64,000 nt of DNA. Origin: Chiloscyllium plagiosum (Eukaryota). The DNA lies in the NCBI RefSeq assembly GCF_004010195.1, contig NC_057720.1, positions 90,658,923-90,722,922 of the forward strand, given 5' to 3'. Below, piece by piece: positions 1-13,627 of the stretch. The position numbers were made by a program, and so were the translations under genes. Positions within the stretch are counted from its first letter, which is position 1; every line of letters begins with the position of its first letter. Under the pieces are notes generated by a model, which saw only the letters and a program-made list of their open reading frames with translations, was not told where the DNA came from and searched no databases.

Positions 1-2384
1 GCCTGTTCTGTGCTGTACTTTTCTATGTTCTATGTTAAAGCATCTCATAAATGTGAGTATTTATATCCACTTTGGCAGATTTAATTGATTCTAATTGGAA
101 TGTATCTGCCAAAGCTTTAGAAAAACTGAATCAGCAAACAGCTTCAAACTGCACACATCCATCACATAACATTGCTGTTCCTCATTAACTTTCAAATGCA
201 CTGCTCCATTCCAAATAGCGGACCATCCATTCCCATTCATAGAAATTTGTTTCTGATGGATGGAAGTGGTTGTTTCTGTACTTCTGCCATTTTTATTGAA
301 CTCAGCTCAAGTTATACTTTAGAATTTGACAGTCAGGCCTAGACTGTTTGTGTTAAGCTTAATCAATTTTGACCAGTTTGCAAGCTCTTCATTTTCTTGA
401 ATATTGGAATGGGACTGGGTTCTATCAGCCCTCTAGGGACAGGCTACAAGGTCAATAGGTGGATAATAGAGTGGAAGATGATAAGGGAAGGAAAGAGTTT
501 CAGTGACTCTCATATTTCCACCTCCGTAGTATTTTATTGATCCCAAATTAGGGAAAGGATGGCCATTCAGGTGGTCAATGTAGAGTCTGTTTATTAGCAG
601 TAGGTGGGTCCTCCATGATGTGGGAGACCTCCTCCTGCATCCTAGAGACACCTGGAGGATGTCCATCCTAAAGAAGTACCTTATGGCTCACAACAGGGTA
701 TCCCATCTGCATACTGGAACAGTATCCTGTCCATGGCGGCGATAATTAAAGGAACTGGAAATCAAAGTAAGTGAGTGAAAGAAGCCATGAGGGCTAGAGT
801 GTTCACAACATTCCCAGGACCAGGTTGGCAGGTCCTACTGAGGCCATTAATAAGTCATGAAGGTCCCCCATTGGTGCATGGACAATGGGTTACTCCTACT
901 CCTAGTAAGAGTACTGTGATTACTGCTTTTTCAGTGCTATCAGGCAAATAGTGAAGTGTGGCCATGTGATAAAATCATTTACGTTCACTGCTAAATACTT
1001 GAGACTTTTTTGTGAGAAACTTTATAATTCTTCAAGATGTTCATAATACACTTATTGTTTCATACAATGGTGATTTTGTAAATAGGATTACAGAGGAAAT
1101 TAAGACCATTTGGTATAATTAGACCATGCCAGTGCTTATGTTCCACTCAAGGTGTTTCGCATCTTTCCTCATCTAAATCGCCCATTGTAATTCGCTATTC
1201 CCATCCCTTCCAAGTGCTCACCTAGTTTCCTTGAAATACATTGAAACTATTGATTTCAACTATTCCGTCTGGTCACATATTCCCTGTTCTCATCATTCTT
1301 TCAGTGAAGAGGTTTCTTCTGATTCCCTTTTGGATTTCTTGAGATACCGTCTTATATTGACAGCCTCTAGTTATGTTCTACCCCATAGAGAAATGTTTTC
1401 TCTGTGCCTTCTCTTTTCAAAACCTTTCATAATTTTAGAACTGTCAGCCTTTTTTTCAAGAGAGAAGTGAACAGCATAACAATTCTTCGTTGATATACAC
1501 AGCCAGAAACTTGTGTATCATTCTTATAAACCTTCTCTTCACTCTCTCTCATACATTCTATAATATGTCAACTCGAACTGCAATACTCTTAATGATAGTC
1601 AACCAAATTTTTATAGGGACCCTACTTTCAAATCTATCCCTTTAGAGATAAAGCTTAGAGCTTTGTTTGCATTTTTGTGGCCTTTGGAACCTGCGATGAG
1701 ATTGTTAGTGACTGATGCAATTGTCTGAAATCACTGTTTGTCTCCCTCACTTAGACTTGCATCTTTGTATAAATGACCTCCACATTATTCCTACCAAGAT
1801 GTAACACCTTACGTTTATCTGTGTGGATCTGCATTTGCTAATTACTTGAACATAACGTAAATTAATTAATGATCTCTTGCAACTTCTTGAAGTTCTCAGA
1901 ATTGGCTACATTTCAAAATTCCTTTCCAATTTGGTGTCATTGAATTGCTCAGTGTTTGTAGTAAGTAGATACAATATTTAATTTGCAGTCTTACTTTATT
2001 TTGTTTTGAATTTTTAGAGAGGTGCAGTAATCCACACAGTAACTATAACACCTAAATGTAGAAAGACCGATAGATGAAAATTATTACAAACACAGGACTA
2101 ATTAATAGACTCTATTAACTGCAAGGTCAAAACAGGGAATTATTTTTTGCACGAATGATATGGTAAGATTATCCGTAGTGCAATAACTTATTGTCCATTT
2201 TTTGGTTGCAGTTTATTTCCCCAGAACTTTCTGTGCTAGTGGTATGAAATTGAAAAGGCACCCATCCTCCATTTTAAACTAAATGATAATTTAAAAAAAA
2301 CAGCATTTATATAAAATGCAACATGATTTGTGAAGCCATCCCTCTCGGATTATACATATTCACAGCCACATAGGGTAATATAGG

Positions 2385-2830
2385 GTGACGCTGAATAGGC
2401 TGGGGCTGATTTCCCTGGAACGTTGGAGGCTGAGAGGTGACTTTATAAAGGTTTATGAAATCTTAGAGGCATGGATACAATGAATAGACAAGGTATTTTC
2501 TCTGGGGTGGGTAGAGTCTCAGTCTAAACCTATACTCGTGAGTATAGGTTTAGAGTGTGTGGGGAAAATGTAGAAAGTACCTAAGGAGTAACATTTTCAT
2601 GCCTGGGGATGATGTGTGTATGGAATGAACTGCCAGAGGAAGTGGTAGAGGCTGGTGCAATTTCAATATTTAAAAGGCATCTGAGTGTGTATATGAATAG
2701 GAAGGGTTGAGAGGGATATGGACCAAGTACTGGCAAATGGGACTAGATTAGATATGGATATCTGCTCAGCATGGGCGAGTGAGACCGAAAGGTATGATTC
2801 CATGTTGTATATCTCTATGACTCTATGACT
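2385..2830 (+). mobile_element. CR1-type LINE 3' fragment
   Basis: Contains tggaatgaactgccagaggaagtggtagaggctgg... and ends in a (ctctatga)n tail shared with other copies in the window. Confidence 0.75.
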
Positions 2831-2839
2831 CTACTCTTT

Positions 2840-3720
2840 TGTTCTTAATGTACGAGTAGAATCTCATCGATTATCTTTAACATTATCTCCCAAGGCTATC
2901 TCGATTTCTTTTCTTGCCCTCCTCATTTCCCGATTTAGAATGTCCCTGCACCTCTTGTACTCTTCGAGATTCACTTGCTCTCATTTATCAATGACCAATA
3001 TATGATACATTCTAATTCTTAACCAGAGCCTGAATATCTTCATTCCTCCAGTGTTCCCTCCTCTTACCAGCCTTACCTTCACTCTAACAGGAACATCATG
3101 CCTCTGAACTCTCGTTATCTCGCTTCTGAAAGCCTTACTCTTGCCGGCCGTCCCTTTTGCTGCAAACAGTCTACTCCAACGAACCCTTGAAAGTTTTTGT
3201 CTCATCCTAACAAAATTTGCCCTAGTCCAATTAAAACTTTAACTTATCTATAGTGCCAATCCTTTCCATAGATATTTTACAACTAGTCGAATTATGAACC
3301 CTGGCCCCAAAATGCTCCCCTACTAACCATTCAGTCACTTGCCCTGCCTTCATCCACAAGAGTAGGTCAGCTTTGCTCCTTCTGTTGTGGTTACATCTGG
3401 ATATTAATGAAGATAATTTTCTTTATCACTTAACAAATTCCTCACCATCCAAGCTCTTAAGACCATGGCTGCCCCACTTTATGTTTGGACGGTTAAAATT
3501 TGCTATTATTACAATCCTATTATTCTTTCATATAAATGAGAACTCTCAACATAGTTGTTACTCAATTTCACTCTGACTGCTGGGTGGACTATTACAATCA
3601 CATCAATGTAATCATGCTCTTCTTATTTTTGAGTTCCATCCACACAGCTTCACTAGACCATCCCTCAGAAATATCTTCTGTTAGAACAGCACTAATATTT
3701 CACCACAAGAAAAATTGACT
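2840..3720 (-). mobile_element. CR1-type LINE ORF2 5' fragment (degenerate)
   Basis: Shares motifs with 13500-13560 and resembles CR1 endonuclease-region sequence; ORF is broken. Confidence 0.5.
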
Positions 3721-5962
3721 CCAATCTCTTTCTAACTCTTCCTGGTTCTGCCGTACCTTTGATAGTGTGAGTTGTCCATGAGGGGCTTTGAACGTAAATT
3801 ATTCAATTTACTGGTGATGGTTAGTAGCTGAAAATAAAGATACTATGGGTGACTTGGTGATGGGAAATAAAAAGCACATTGTTTGGAAGGAAAATTCTGG
3901 ATATTAACAATAATTTTTTAAAAAACGAACTCCATTCTGTCTGCTCAGGTCTTGCCTACAACGCTATACCTTTAGAGTATTTTCCTTATATTTTGATGAG
4001 TTCAAGTTAATCTCACCCGCTGTTTTGTACTTGTCAACCATTTTTTATCGGGTGTTTACCGTTTCAGAATGTAGGTTGCCTTATTGTGTCGTTCTCAGAG
4101 TTCAGTGTTTGGAGTCCTTGTTGTTTCAACCTTTGCTTTGATCTATAATGCAAAATTATAGAAAAATATTAATAGCAATTTAAGGTAAAATGTTACGATA
4201 TTGGAAGAACAGCTAAGAGTTTCAAAGTTTGACAGAGGGGTTGTGGGAAAAGACATGGAGAGCAGCAGGGTTTGCAGAACGTCTGATCTCTGCCTTCCCC
4301 GATCGAAATTATAATTTTTGATGATTGTTATTCATTAATATCGGTGTGTCAAATAGATCTGCGTATCAGGGAGGTGTGACGTGCTTCTTTGTGTTGTGAT
4401 GAACACAGGGGAACATACAATAGTAAGGGTCTAAACCCAAAGGGGTGAAGAAACAGATGATCCTCCGTGTATATGTGCACAAATCAGGAAAGTACCATGG
4501 CACATGGACAGAAGAGCAAATAAACCCTACTTCATCAATAACGCTGTAGAGAACTAACGTAAATCAATTATGTTAAACTAGAATAAAACAGTGGCTTGTC
4601 TCACCTGGAATATTGCATCCAGTTTCAGGAGCCACATTTTTGAAAAAATGCAAAGTTATCAGATTAGTATGTGACTGATTCACAACACTATTCCCAGGAT
4701 GATGTACCTCACTGACTCTCCTCTGTTGGTATGTTCTCCTCGGCTGATATTTTCCAGACTCTGTGAACAGTTGCTATGATTGGTTCTCAATTCCATCTTG
4801 CGTTATATAGATCCCAATAGCTGAATATTTCACGGACTTATGAGCTCTGCCTTGCCTGATCAACATCGACCTCTGATTTATAATTTTTGAGGGTTGCTGT
4901 TCAGTAATATCCCTGTATCAGATAGATCTCAATCTCATTTCCTGGGATTTGACAGGTGTGGTGTGTCAAATAGATCCCAGGAATTGTGCTCCATGACATT
5001 TATGTGTTAAAAAAAAATCCAGGTCTGATAATCCACCCTTGGATTGTGCACTTGTGTCTGAATACCTGACTGAACATTGACATTTTTGGCTGATGAATGT
5101 TTCGTTGGGCACTTTAGGTGGCGATTTCTGCATTACGAACCCAGGCTGTCCCGACATTGGGAGTACTTTTAGTTTAGACAATGTAGAGTAAACTTTCAAA
5201 CTCCGTTGCCTGCCTTTCATAGGCTTCTGGTGGAGCAAAGCTCTTCATTTGTATCATTAGGTGTCCCGAGGCTGTGACCCTTTGTGCATAAGAAGAAATG
5301 TTCTCTAATCATTCTGCCTCTGGAGTGTTCCATCAGGTATATCGTGTGAAAGATGCATTTACATTAGTGGGCTGCACGGTAGCGCAGCATTAAACTAAAT
5401 GACTGGATGAAACTCAACCAAACAGAACAAGTGAAAGTATTTCTCTAGGAAAGTAGTGGGACGTGGGAAAATGTATTATTACTGACTGCCCTTGAAGAAA
5501 GAATGAAGCAAACTCAAGGTTAGTACATATTCATCCGAGATTTATGAATCATTTCAGAAAGCATTTTTTATCCAAAAGGTTGATGTAAAAGTTAACAGAA
5601 GTGAATACAATGACTGAATGCCACATTGAGACGAGAACACATGCGCTGTGAGGTGGGAATTTTCTGTCACAAGAAAGGGAATACAAAGGCTCAACATAAA
5701 GGCTACGCAATCATTCTGAATAAGGAAAAACTAAAAACAAAACAAATGGGTTTTAAACAACTGGGAAGCTACAAATTCTTCCAACCACAACCATCTCAAC
5801 GATATCAAAGTAAAAAGGAAAATCCACCAATAATTGTCTCAGTTACACGCTGATAAACTGAAGTGATCTCACTGTTAGAGTCAGCAACAGGACAGATTGT
5901 AGATTGGGAATTCAGAGGCCTTCATAAGCAGATCAGGAAAATCAAAGAGGTCAACAATTCAT

Positions 5963-5971
5963 TCATTTAAC
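5963..5971 (-). CDS. Ig heavy chain TM2 exon (VK-stop)
   Basis: cttttccag|GTT AAA TGA completes the KVK cytoplasmic tail typical of membrane Ig. Confidence 0.8.
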   Translation of the reverse strand, partial: VK

Positions 5972-6109
5972 CTGGAAAAGAGTGATAAAGTAATGACGCA
6001 TTTGTTTATAACCAGGGACTTTCAGATTTTTTTTCATTCAATGGCACACTTAGAGATTTCACAAAACATATTGGGCTGCTTGGCATGTGAAAGATGTGAT
6101 CATTCTCAC

Positions 6110-6237
6110 CTTCACCCGAGTGACGGCAGCGCTGTAGAAAATACTCAGGAAGAACAAGGTGATGAACGTGGAAGCAGTTGTCCAGATGTTGCTGTTATCA
6201 TCCTCATTGTCTTCAATCCAAGTGTGCTCAATTGAAT
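6110..6237 (-). CDS. Ig heavy chain (IgNAR-type) transmembrane exon TM1; canonical acceptor apparently mutated
   Basis: Reads (D)SIEHTWIEDNEDDNSNIWTTASTFITLFFLSIFYSAAVTRVK, an acidic spacer plus the CART-type TM motif. Donor is AAG|GTGAGA. The preceding dinucleotide at 6239-6238 is TG, not AG. Confidence 0.85.
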
Positions 6238-6689
6238 CAATGAATATAAAGCCGAGATTTAGATTGTTTATTGATCCAGATCCATCTATCTGCATCCAAG
6301 TCATGTAATTAGAGACATTACATCTTCATAAAGCAGTCAGGTATTTCTCAAGTGTGACTCTTATCTGTATCTATTAGTGCATTATTGACTCTCAGCAAGA
6401 AATTACAAATACTACCTGTACATGTTCTTTCTTCATTGTCCATGTCAGAACATTTAAAATCATTCTTTCTTTTAATCTGTTATTGAAAGATGTTATTATT
6501 TGAGGAATGTTCATTACGAATGATTATTTTAATTTTATCATTATATTTTAAATATAGGCTGTGACAGCAGTTTAGTTGAAAATTGTGACCATCACTGAGT
6601 AAAAGTTCAAATGTGATTCCCATTTTTATGTATTGGTGACCAATTGCTTGACAAATCATGAACATAAGTGACATCACAGTCAAGACATT

Positions 6690-7860
6690 GCTTCATATTT
6701 TTGTTTGCAGGATCTGTATATTTAGGAATTTTTTTGTACGTGTCCCTTTATTTATTTGATCTACTGTTTGGTGTGTTTGGTTTTCCTTTAATGTTTGTGC
6801 ATGTGGTTATGAGAATCTCTTCCATCACTCTTGCCCATGTTGGAGTCTGTGCGTGAATAAACATATTTCTGTTCCTTTGCTGCTGGTGTGCTCATGTTTT
6901 TGTGTACGTAAAGTTTGGTCTTTTCACATTGTGAAAGTATCATCATGCTAATATGCTACTTCCTTTCTTCCTATGCTTATCTTGTAATGTCTTCGTGAGT
7001 ACATGTTTTCATTAGTGCGATCTAAAATGTGTGCTTATGTGTCTGTTTCAGATCCTAGGTTATTTTCATGTATATGCTTAATAAATGTTAGCATGCAACG
7101 TCATGTTTTGATGGATGTTTATATTTATATGATGATGTCTGCTTGTGTGGCAATCTTTCCCAAACTATCTCCTGTTAAGCTTGTTTGTGTTATTGTTTGT
7201 GGATGCTTACTGATGCTTGTGCCCATTATCGTTATTTAATAAACGCCCCTCTATTTGTTGATCTATGCATTTGTATGTCTGCATGTGAGACTCTGAATTT
7301 GCATGTACATGTGACATTGTATACATGCTGATAAATATGGTTTAAAAATAACTAATTATGCTCCCTCTGTCATCGTATGTTGGTGATTCTGAAAATGGGA
7401 AAATAATGATATTAATGTTTATCTCTGTGCACTTGTGAGTCGACATGTGGGAGGACATTTTTCGGAATTTGTATCTGTGTGTTCATGCGTGTAGGTCTGT
7501 ATGCGTTGTGCTGTATGAATGTATATGTATTCATGTCCATTTTTGTGTTAGCGTGTGTCTATGTTTCCCATGGTTATGTGCCACCTGTTCATTTGGGCAA
7601 ATGCTTTTTTTTCGATGTATGTGAGTTTTTGGAATAGCTTAGGTGAGTGTTCAATTACCACTTGCATGTGTGGCTCTGTGCGAGCATGCGTGTGCGATGT
7701 GTTATCTATATGCACATTTGAGTGTGCACATAAATATGTGTCTTGAGGTGAGAGCCTATATATGTGTCTTCGCGTGTGTATTTGTGATCATCTCTCTGTA
7801 TCTGTGTGTGTTTCTGCTCTTTTACCAGATTGCAATTTTTATTATTCTAATTTTATTGTT
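6690..7860. repeat. Degenerate TG/TATG-rich low-complexity tract in the C5-TM1 intron
   Basis: Strong T/G strand bias with many gtgtgt/tatgtg runs; it produces spurious C/V-rich ORFs. Confidence 0.6.
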
Positions 7861-8964
7861 CTAATTTTTATGGATTACCTCCAATTAGATCTGACCTTGG
7901 TGTTGTAGGAAACATTTCCCATCGTTGTGGAGAGATAAGCGTTTTATGAGCAACTCTTCTGTTGCAATGATTGAATTTCTGTCTCTGAGACAAAAGGACT
8001 GAGTTCAAATCCTCACTGCCCCAGAGATAACATTTCTGAATATGTTTATCAGAAACTGTCTACTTGTGTTCTGTATGTGAAACAAAATGATTTCAGGAGC
8101 TCAAATATCAGAATTGATCGCATGTGCTTCAGAAAACTGAGACAAAACTATGGAATTCAAACTGAGACGATGCAAACACTAGTTTTAGATTATGGGGGTC
8201 AATGTTAATCATTTGTTAACAGGGCCAAGCTTGTCCAACATGTTTCAAAGGTATTATTTTGCATGGCAATGTTAAATCTTTGGACAGTAAGCAAGAAGCT
8301 GACTGTTCCTGTTAGTACCTGGGTTACATTACAGAGGACATCTACCATGAAAACTCTGCACAGGAAGCAAGAGGACAGACCATTCATCGTTCCCCACCCC
8401 TCTGCTCCATAACAACTTATCCGTCAATTCTCTTTGGTGTGAAAGTGAAGACATATTCTGACAACTCATGCGCTGGTGCAAGATACCTGGCAGTTCCCCA
8501 GAAACAAAGGTTACATTCAAACTGCTCTGCACTCTTTACGATTGGTATGTTCCAATCAAATTTAATTTTAAAGTGTCTTAAATTTATATTTCCAATTGGT
8601 GCAATGTGGCAGTTTAAAGCTGACATGAATTTTGTAAGAATGTTCAATCAGGGGAATCAAGAACACCAAGTTCTAAACTCGTGTTCTACCCTTGACATGA
8701 AATGGAACTGTCAGATTTTGTCACAGAGGGTTTTAGGATGGATAAGGTACTTGGCAAAATCCTGCAATGAGTGAGCTTTACTCTGTCTCTGACCTAGGGT
8801 GTATCTGAGCACAGAACATTAACTGCACAAGACACTCGTCCTCGACCTGTTAATAATCCACTTTAAGTCAGAGTGGGAAACAATTAATTCAGTACTTAAC
8901 TCACAGCTGGAGGAAAAAAGAACATTATTATTTCTGTTGAATTATTAAATGCAACTTTTAGATT

Positions 8965-8970
8965 TTTATT
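8965..8970 (-). promoter_or_regulatory. Secretory-form polyadenylation signal AATAAA overlapping the stop codon
   Basis: The minus strand reads TGT CAA TAA AAA. Confidence 0.6.
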
Positions 8971-9357
8971 GACATGAATTAACAGTGTCCATCAGTGCAA
9001 GTGAAATGTTTACAAAACTCGGTTTACCGCTGGATTTATCGACTGTTCTGTTGATGATCTTCAATGGAATCGCTTCATGTCCCACCAGACAGGAGTAAGA
9101 AGCACCGCTGGCCCACTCCTCCGCTGTAATGGATAACAGGTTGTAGATGAAGAAAGAGATGTTGTCACTCACCGACATCACCTCGGTGTTCTTGTCGTTA
9201 CTGGGATTCACCGGCTTGTCATTGTTTGTCCACATGACGAAGATCTCTCGGGGGGAGAAACCTCTCACTAAACAGGTGAGGGAGAGAAACCCCTGAGCGG
9301 AGATTTCTTCTGTTAGTGACAGGAGAACCGACACTGATGGCTCCAGCGGATTAATCA
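8966..9357 (-). CDS. Ig heavy chain, IgNAR-type, last constant domain (C5) plus secretory tail exon
   Basis: Acceptor ttccgcag precedes 9357. The frame is open: [77 protein letters not shown]. It has the C1-set Cys/Trp/Cys pattern, a tailpiece N-I-S sequon and a penultimate Cys. It closely matches shark IgNAR C5/secretory tail as recalled; IgW is the related alternative. Confidence 0.9.
9022..9028 (-). promoter_or_regulatory. Internal 5' splice donor for the membrane isoform (AGC G|GTAAAC)
   Basis: Phase-1 GT donor at the C domain/tailpiece boundary (KSS|GKP), the standard Ig secreted/membrane switch position. Confidence 0.8.
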
Positions 9358-9571
9358 CTGCGGAATATTTGAGACAAATATAAATCAACCAAAAACATCC
9401 TGAACTAATATCACAATTTCACTAAATATTAAAATACGCCATTTTTAATTTGGGATTTATTCATTTTCATTTCCTAAAGGAGCAGTATGGTACACATTAT
9501 GTTTCGTAAAAAAAGTAAAGTTTAATGTGAAAGTTGCCTCCATGTTTCCAGCCCACAACGAGAACATTCTG

Positions 9572-10071
9572 NNNNNNNNNNNNNNNNNNNNNNNNNNNNN
9601 NNNNNNNNNNNNNNNNNNNNNNNNNNNNNNNNNNNNNNNNNNNNNNNNNNNNNNNNNNNNNNNNNNNNNNNNNNNNNNNNNNNNNNNNNNNNNNNNNNNN
9701 NNNNNNNNNNNNNNNNNNNNNNNNNNNNNNNNNNNNNNNNNNNNNNNNNNNNNNNNNNNNNNNNNNNNNNNNNNNNNNNNNNNNNNNNNNNNNNNNNNNN
9801 NNNNNNNNNNNNNNNNNNNNNNNNNNNNNNNNNNNNNNNNNNNNNNNNNNNNNNNNNNNNNNNNNNNNNNNNNNNNNNNNNNNNNNNNNNNNNNNNNNNN
9901 NNNNNNNNNNNNNNNNNNNNNNNNNNNNNNNNNNNNNNNNNNNNNNNNNNNNNNNNNNNNNNNNNNNNNNNNNNNNNNNNNNNNNNNNNNNNNNNNNNNN
10001 NNNNNNNNNNNNNNNNNNNNNNNNNNNNNNNNNNNNNNNNNNNNNNNNNNNNNNNNNNNNNNNNNNNNNNN
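9572..10071. other. Assembly gap, exactly 500 N (likely a placeholder of unknown true size)
   Basis: Run of N. Confidence 0.99.
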
Positions 10072-11280
10072 TGGAAATGAACCCGTGTTCCCTGGTGCTA
10101 TGAGGCAGCAGTGCTGACCACTGAGCTACCGTCCACCCCAATTGCAGCAGCTCGCCAAGGTCTGGTATAATGGCAGCTGCAAGGACACTCTCAGTGCTAG
10201 GGATTCCCATTATCCCAAGTGGCAAAGTTCGGATGACGTCCAAATTAACAAAATTGTATAAAAATGTATTTGGATGGCTTATCATATCTTCCTCCCATAT
10301 ACTGTGGAGATAGAGGGGACATTGACAGGGATTACTCTTAAGTAAATGTGAAGGAACAGGCCATACCATCACCTGCCCATAGCCTGTCATCCATGAATTC
10401 GGCTCGTCTCACATCAAGCTGTGGTCCTAACTGCACTCACCTTGATATATCCTGGGATACCGGTTGTTATGATTGTAGTTTGGAAAAGGCACATATCCCA
10501 ACACATGGGTATGATCCTGATGAATACAGACCAGGGGCTATAAGGTAGATGGAACTCCTAATGTTATCACTTTATTCTTATCCATTGATGGGATGTGGGC
10601 ATCACTGGCTGGGCCAGCGATAATTACTCTTCCCTCGTTGCCCCTTTGGGAAGGATGGAGAATGACAATAAGAGTGACATCAGTGATACCTCCATTATTG
10701 GAACACCATTTGTTCACTCAGTCCCCTTCCTCCAGGAAAGCCCTTCATGTGCCTCCGGAACTTGGGCCATTAGGGATGGGGAATATTTGCTGACCTCGGC
10801 AGTAATGCACACATTCAGTGTGTAAGAAGAATCACATTTCAATTAGTGAGTGAAATGCTCTTGTTTAAAGAGGGCAGCTCCTACTCTAGAGAACAGAAGA
10901 ACAACTCTGAGATATATTTTCACACATGGAATAAACTGGCTCGATGCAGCATTGGTTGAAATCATTTGTGATCTTGTGGTGGGGCTCATGGTATTTGAGT
11001 GGGCAGCATCATTGCTGAGAGATTCCAGATTCTGTTTTTTGTTATTTCATTATGATGTACTGAACAGCAACGCTCCTTCATAATTGGGATTAAACTTGTT
11101 ATTGCAATTAGTTTGTTCATTGTCAGAGTTTTGTCACAAAGCTGAGCAATGCTTTTTTGTCAATCTCCCAAAGGAGCTTTCAGACAGTATAAGGCAGCAT
11201 CTCTGGGAATGCATCAGCCCAGAGTTTCAAACAAGGAGCTTGTCGGCTGCCTGAAGGGACAGATCACCTCACGTGGAAAA

Positions 11281-11347
11281 ATGCATCGACCAACTCAGCA
11301 GGTGGGGAAGGTGTTCTACACCATCCTTGCTTTTATTGGTGTTCCTG
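11281..11347 (+). pseudogene. Orphan first exon of a GPR139/GPR142-like GPCR
   Basis: ATG...MHRPTQQVGKVFYTILAFIGVP G|GT. This has the FY-x-ILAxIGVP TM1 start and the same phase-1 donor position as the copy at 17502. No matching exon 2 is visible downstream. Confidence 0.6.
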
Positions 11348-12244
11348 GTGTGGCATAAAGACATTTGGTCTTAGTTTAATCTGCTGCTGATCTGCTCTCT
11401 GGTTTTACCTTTTGAACAACAACGTCGCCATCTCATTGACTGGTCAGCCATATCCAGACCTCAGAACAGTGATAAAAACCCAGTGAGCAGAATTTATGGT
11501 ACAATTTTCCATTGACAGAGACTCCCAAAGTCACTGCTGCTGCAGAATGTCCTGACTTTAGTATTCTGTCATCTGTTCTGGTTTCATATGGTCTGAAGGT
11601 ATGAAGAGAGATCATGCAATTTAGTTCTGAAGAATGGTCTCCGGACTTGAAACATTTACTCGACTTTCTCACAGATGCTTGCCAGACCTGCTGAACAATT
11701 TCTGTTCCTTTTTTATATACAAATGAAGCCTTTGTTCACAAGAATCTTGAAAGTTAAGGGATAATCTGAGTGAAGTCCTCCAAGACATTAACAGAAAAAA
11801 TAAATGATTTCCATTAGCTGGCAATTCTCGAATGAGGGAGCACAGTCTGAGAGTGAGAGCCAGAACGTTCTTGAGAAACGTTAGGGTGCACATCTACACA
11901 CAAAGGATGCGAGAGGTTTGGAACTCTCTTCCACAAACGAGAGTGGGTACTGGAACTGTTAGTCAGTTTAAATGAGAACTTTTTTTTTAAACAAAGGAAC
12001 TGAAGGATACACGTGTTTTGATTTGTAAAGCTACATTCATCTACCATGCCTCCCAGAAATGTTCTCGTTCTCACAGTCTCTCGTTAGAGAATTCAAGTCT
12101 TGACAGATTGCCCTCCTAGCCTCTATACGTTGAGGTGTTTGTCATGTACAGATGTGTAGATTTACCGTGCAAGTGTCACCACAGTGCAAACACTCACTTG
12201 TTGTCACTAAGGGAGCCCTGAATGCTCTGTTATACTGCACTTAA

Positions 12245-13480
12245 TCATAGAGATGTACAGCATGAAAACAAACCCTTCGGTCCAACTCACTCATGCCAAC
12301 CAAATATCCTAACCTAATCTAGTCTCATTTGCCAGCACTTGGCCCGTATCCCTCTAAACCTTACTATTCACATACCCATCCAGATGCCTTATAAATGCTG
12401 TAAGTATACCAATCTCCACCACATCCTCTGGTAGCTCATTCCATGCACACACCATCCTCTATGTGAAAAAGTTGTCTCCTTAGGTCCATTTTGTATCTTT
12501 CCCTCTCACTCTATGCCTATGCCCTCCAATTTGGTACTCTCTCACACCAGGGAAAATATTTTGTCCGATCCATGCCCCTCATGATTTTATGAAACTTGAG
12601 AAGCCTCAGACGCTCCAGGGAAATCAACACGAGCCTATTTTAGCCTCTCCCTATAGCTCAAATCCTCCATGCTGGCAATATCTTTGTAAATCTTTTCTGA
12701 ACTCTATCAAGATTCACAACATTCTTCGATAGGAAGGAGACCAGAATTGCACGTGGCCTAACCAATGTCCTGTACAGCCAAAACATGACCTCCCAATTCC
12801 GATACTCAATCCTCTGACCAATAAAGGAAAGCATACCAAATGCCTTCTTCACTATTCTATCTGCCTGCAACTCTACTTACAAAGAACTATGAACCTGCAC
12901 TCCAATGTTTTTTTGTTTAGCAATACACCCTTAACATTAAGTGGATGTGACATGCTCTGATTTGCTTTTCCAAAATGCAGCACCTTGTATTTATATAAAT
13001 AAAACTCCAACTGCCACTCCTCAGCCCATTGACCCATCTGATCAAGATCCCATTGTACTCTGAGGTAACCTTCTTCACTGTCCACTGCACCTCCAATTTT
13101 GTTGCCATCTGCAAACTTACTAACTGTACCTCCTCCGTTTGCATCCAAATCATTTATATAAATGATGAAAAGCAGTGGACTCAACTCTGATCCTTGTAGC
13201 ACATCGCTGGGCATAGGCCTCCATTCTGAAACGCAACCTTACACCATCACTCCTTGCCTTTAGCTAATTCAAATGGCTAATTCTCCCTGTATTCCATATG
13301 ATCTAAGCTTGCTAACCAGTATCCCATGGGGAACCTTGTCAAACACCAGTATCCCATGGGGAATCTTGTCAAACACAAAGTCCACACAGATCCCGTTCAC
13401 TGCTCTGCCCTCATCAATTCATTTTGTTACTTCTTCAAAAAAATCAGTCAAGTTCGTTTGACATGATTTTCCACACACAA
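12245..13480 (-). mobile_element. CR1-type LINE ORF2 (RT) 3' half, degenerate
   Basis: ORFs with LQGSELSPLLFIIYINDLD..VSKFADG (RT) and LYRTLVRP; typical 3' UTR. Confidence 0.9.
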
Positions 13481-13627
13481 AACCATTGCTACTTTAAAAT
13501 TAATCAAACTTTGGTCACTGGCCCCAAAGTGCTCTCCACTGACACCTCAGTCACTTGTCCTCAGTCTATTATCATTGTGATAGGCTGCTTCATTGCTGTG
13601 AATTTGAATTAAAATGAGAAAAACCTG

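Noticed and set aside
499-535. J-like peptide YYGGGNMRVT on the - strand, resembling IgNAR J (YGGGT)
   Set aside because: No upstream RSS and no splice donor; it lacks the G-T-x-V-T-V pattern and lies downstream of the TM exons.
9497-10390. ORFs of 189-297 aa (also 29530-30324)
   Set aside because: Artefacts of N runs.
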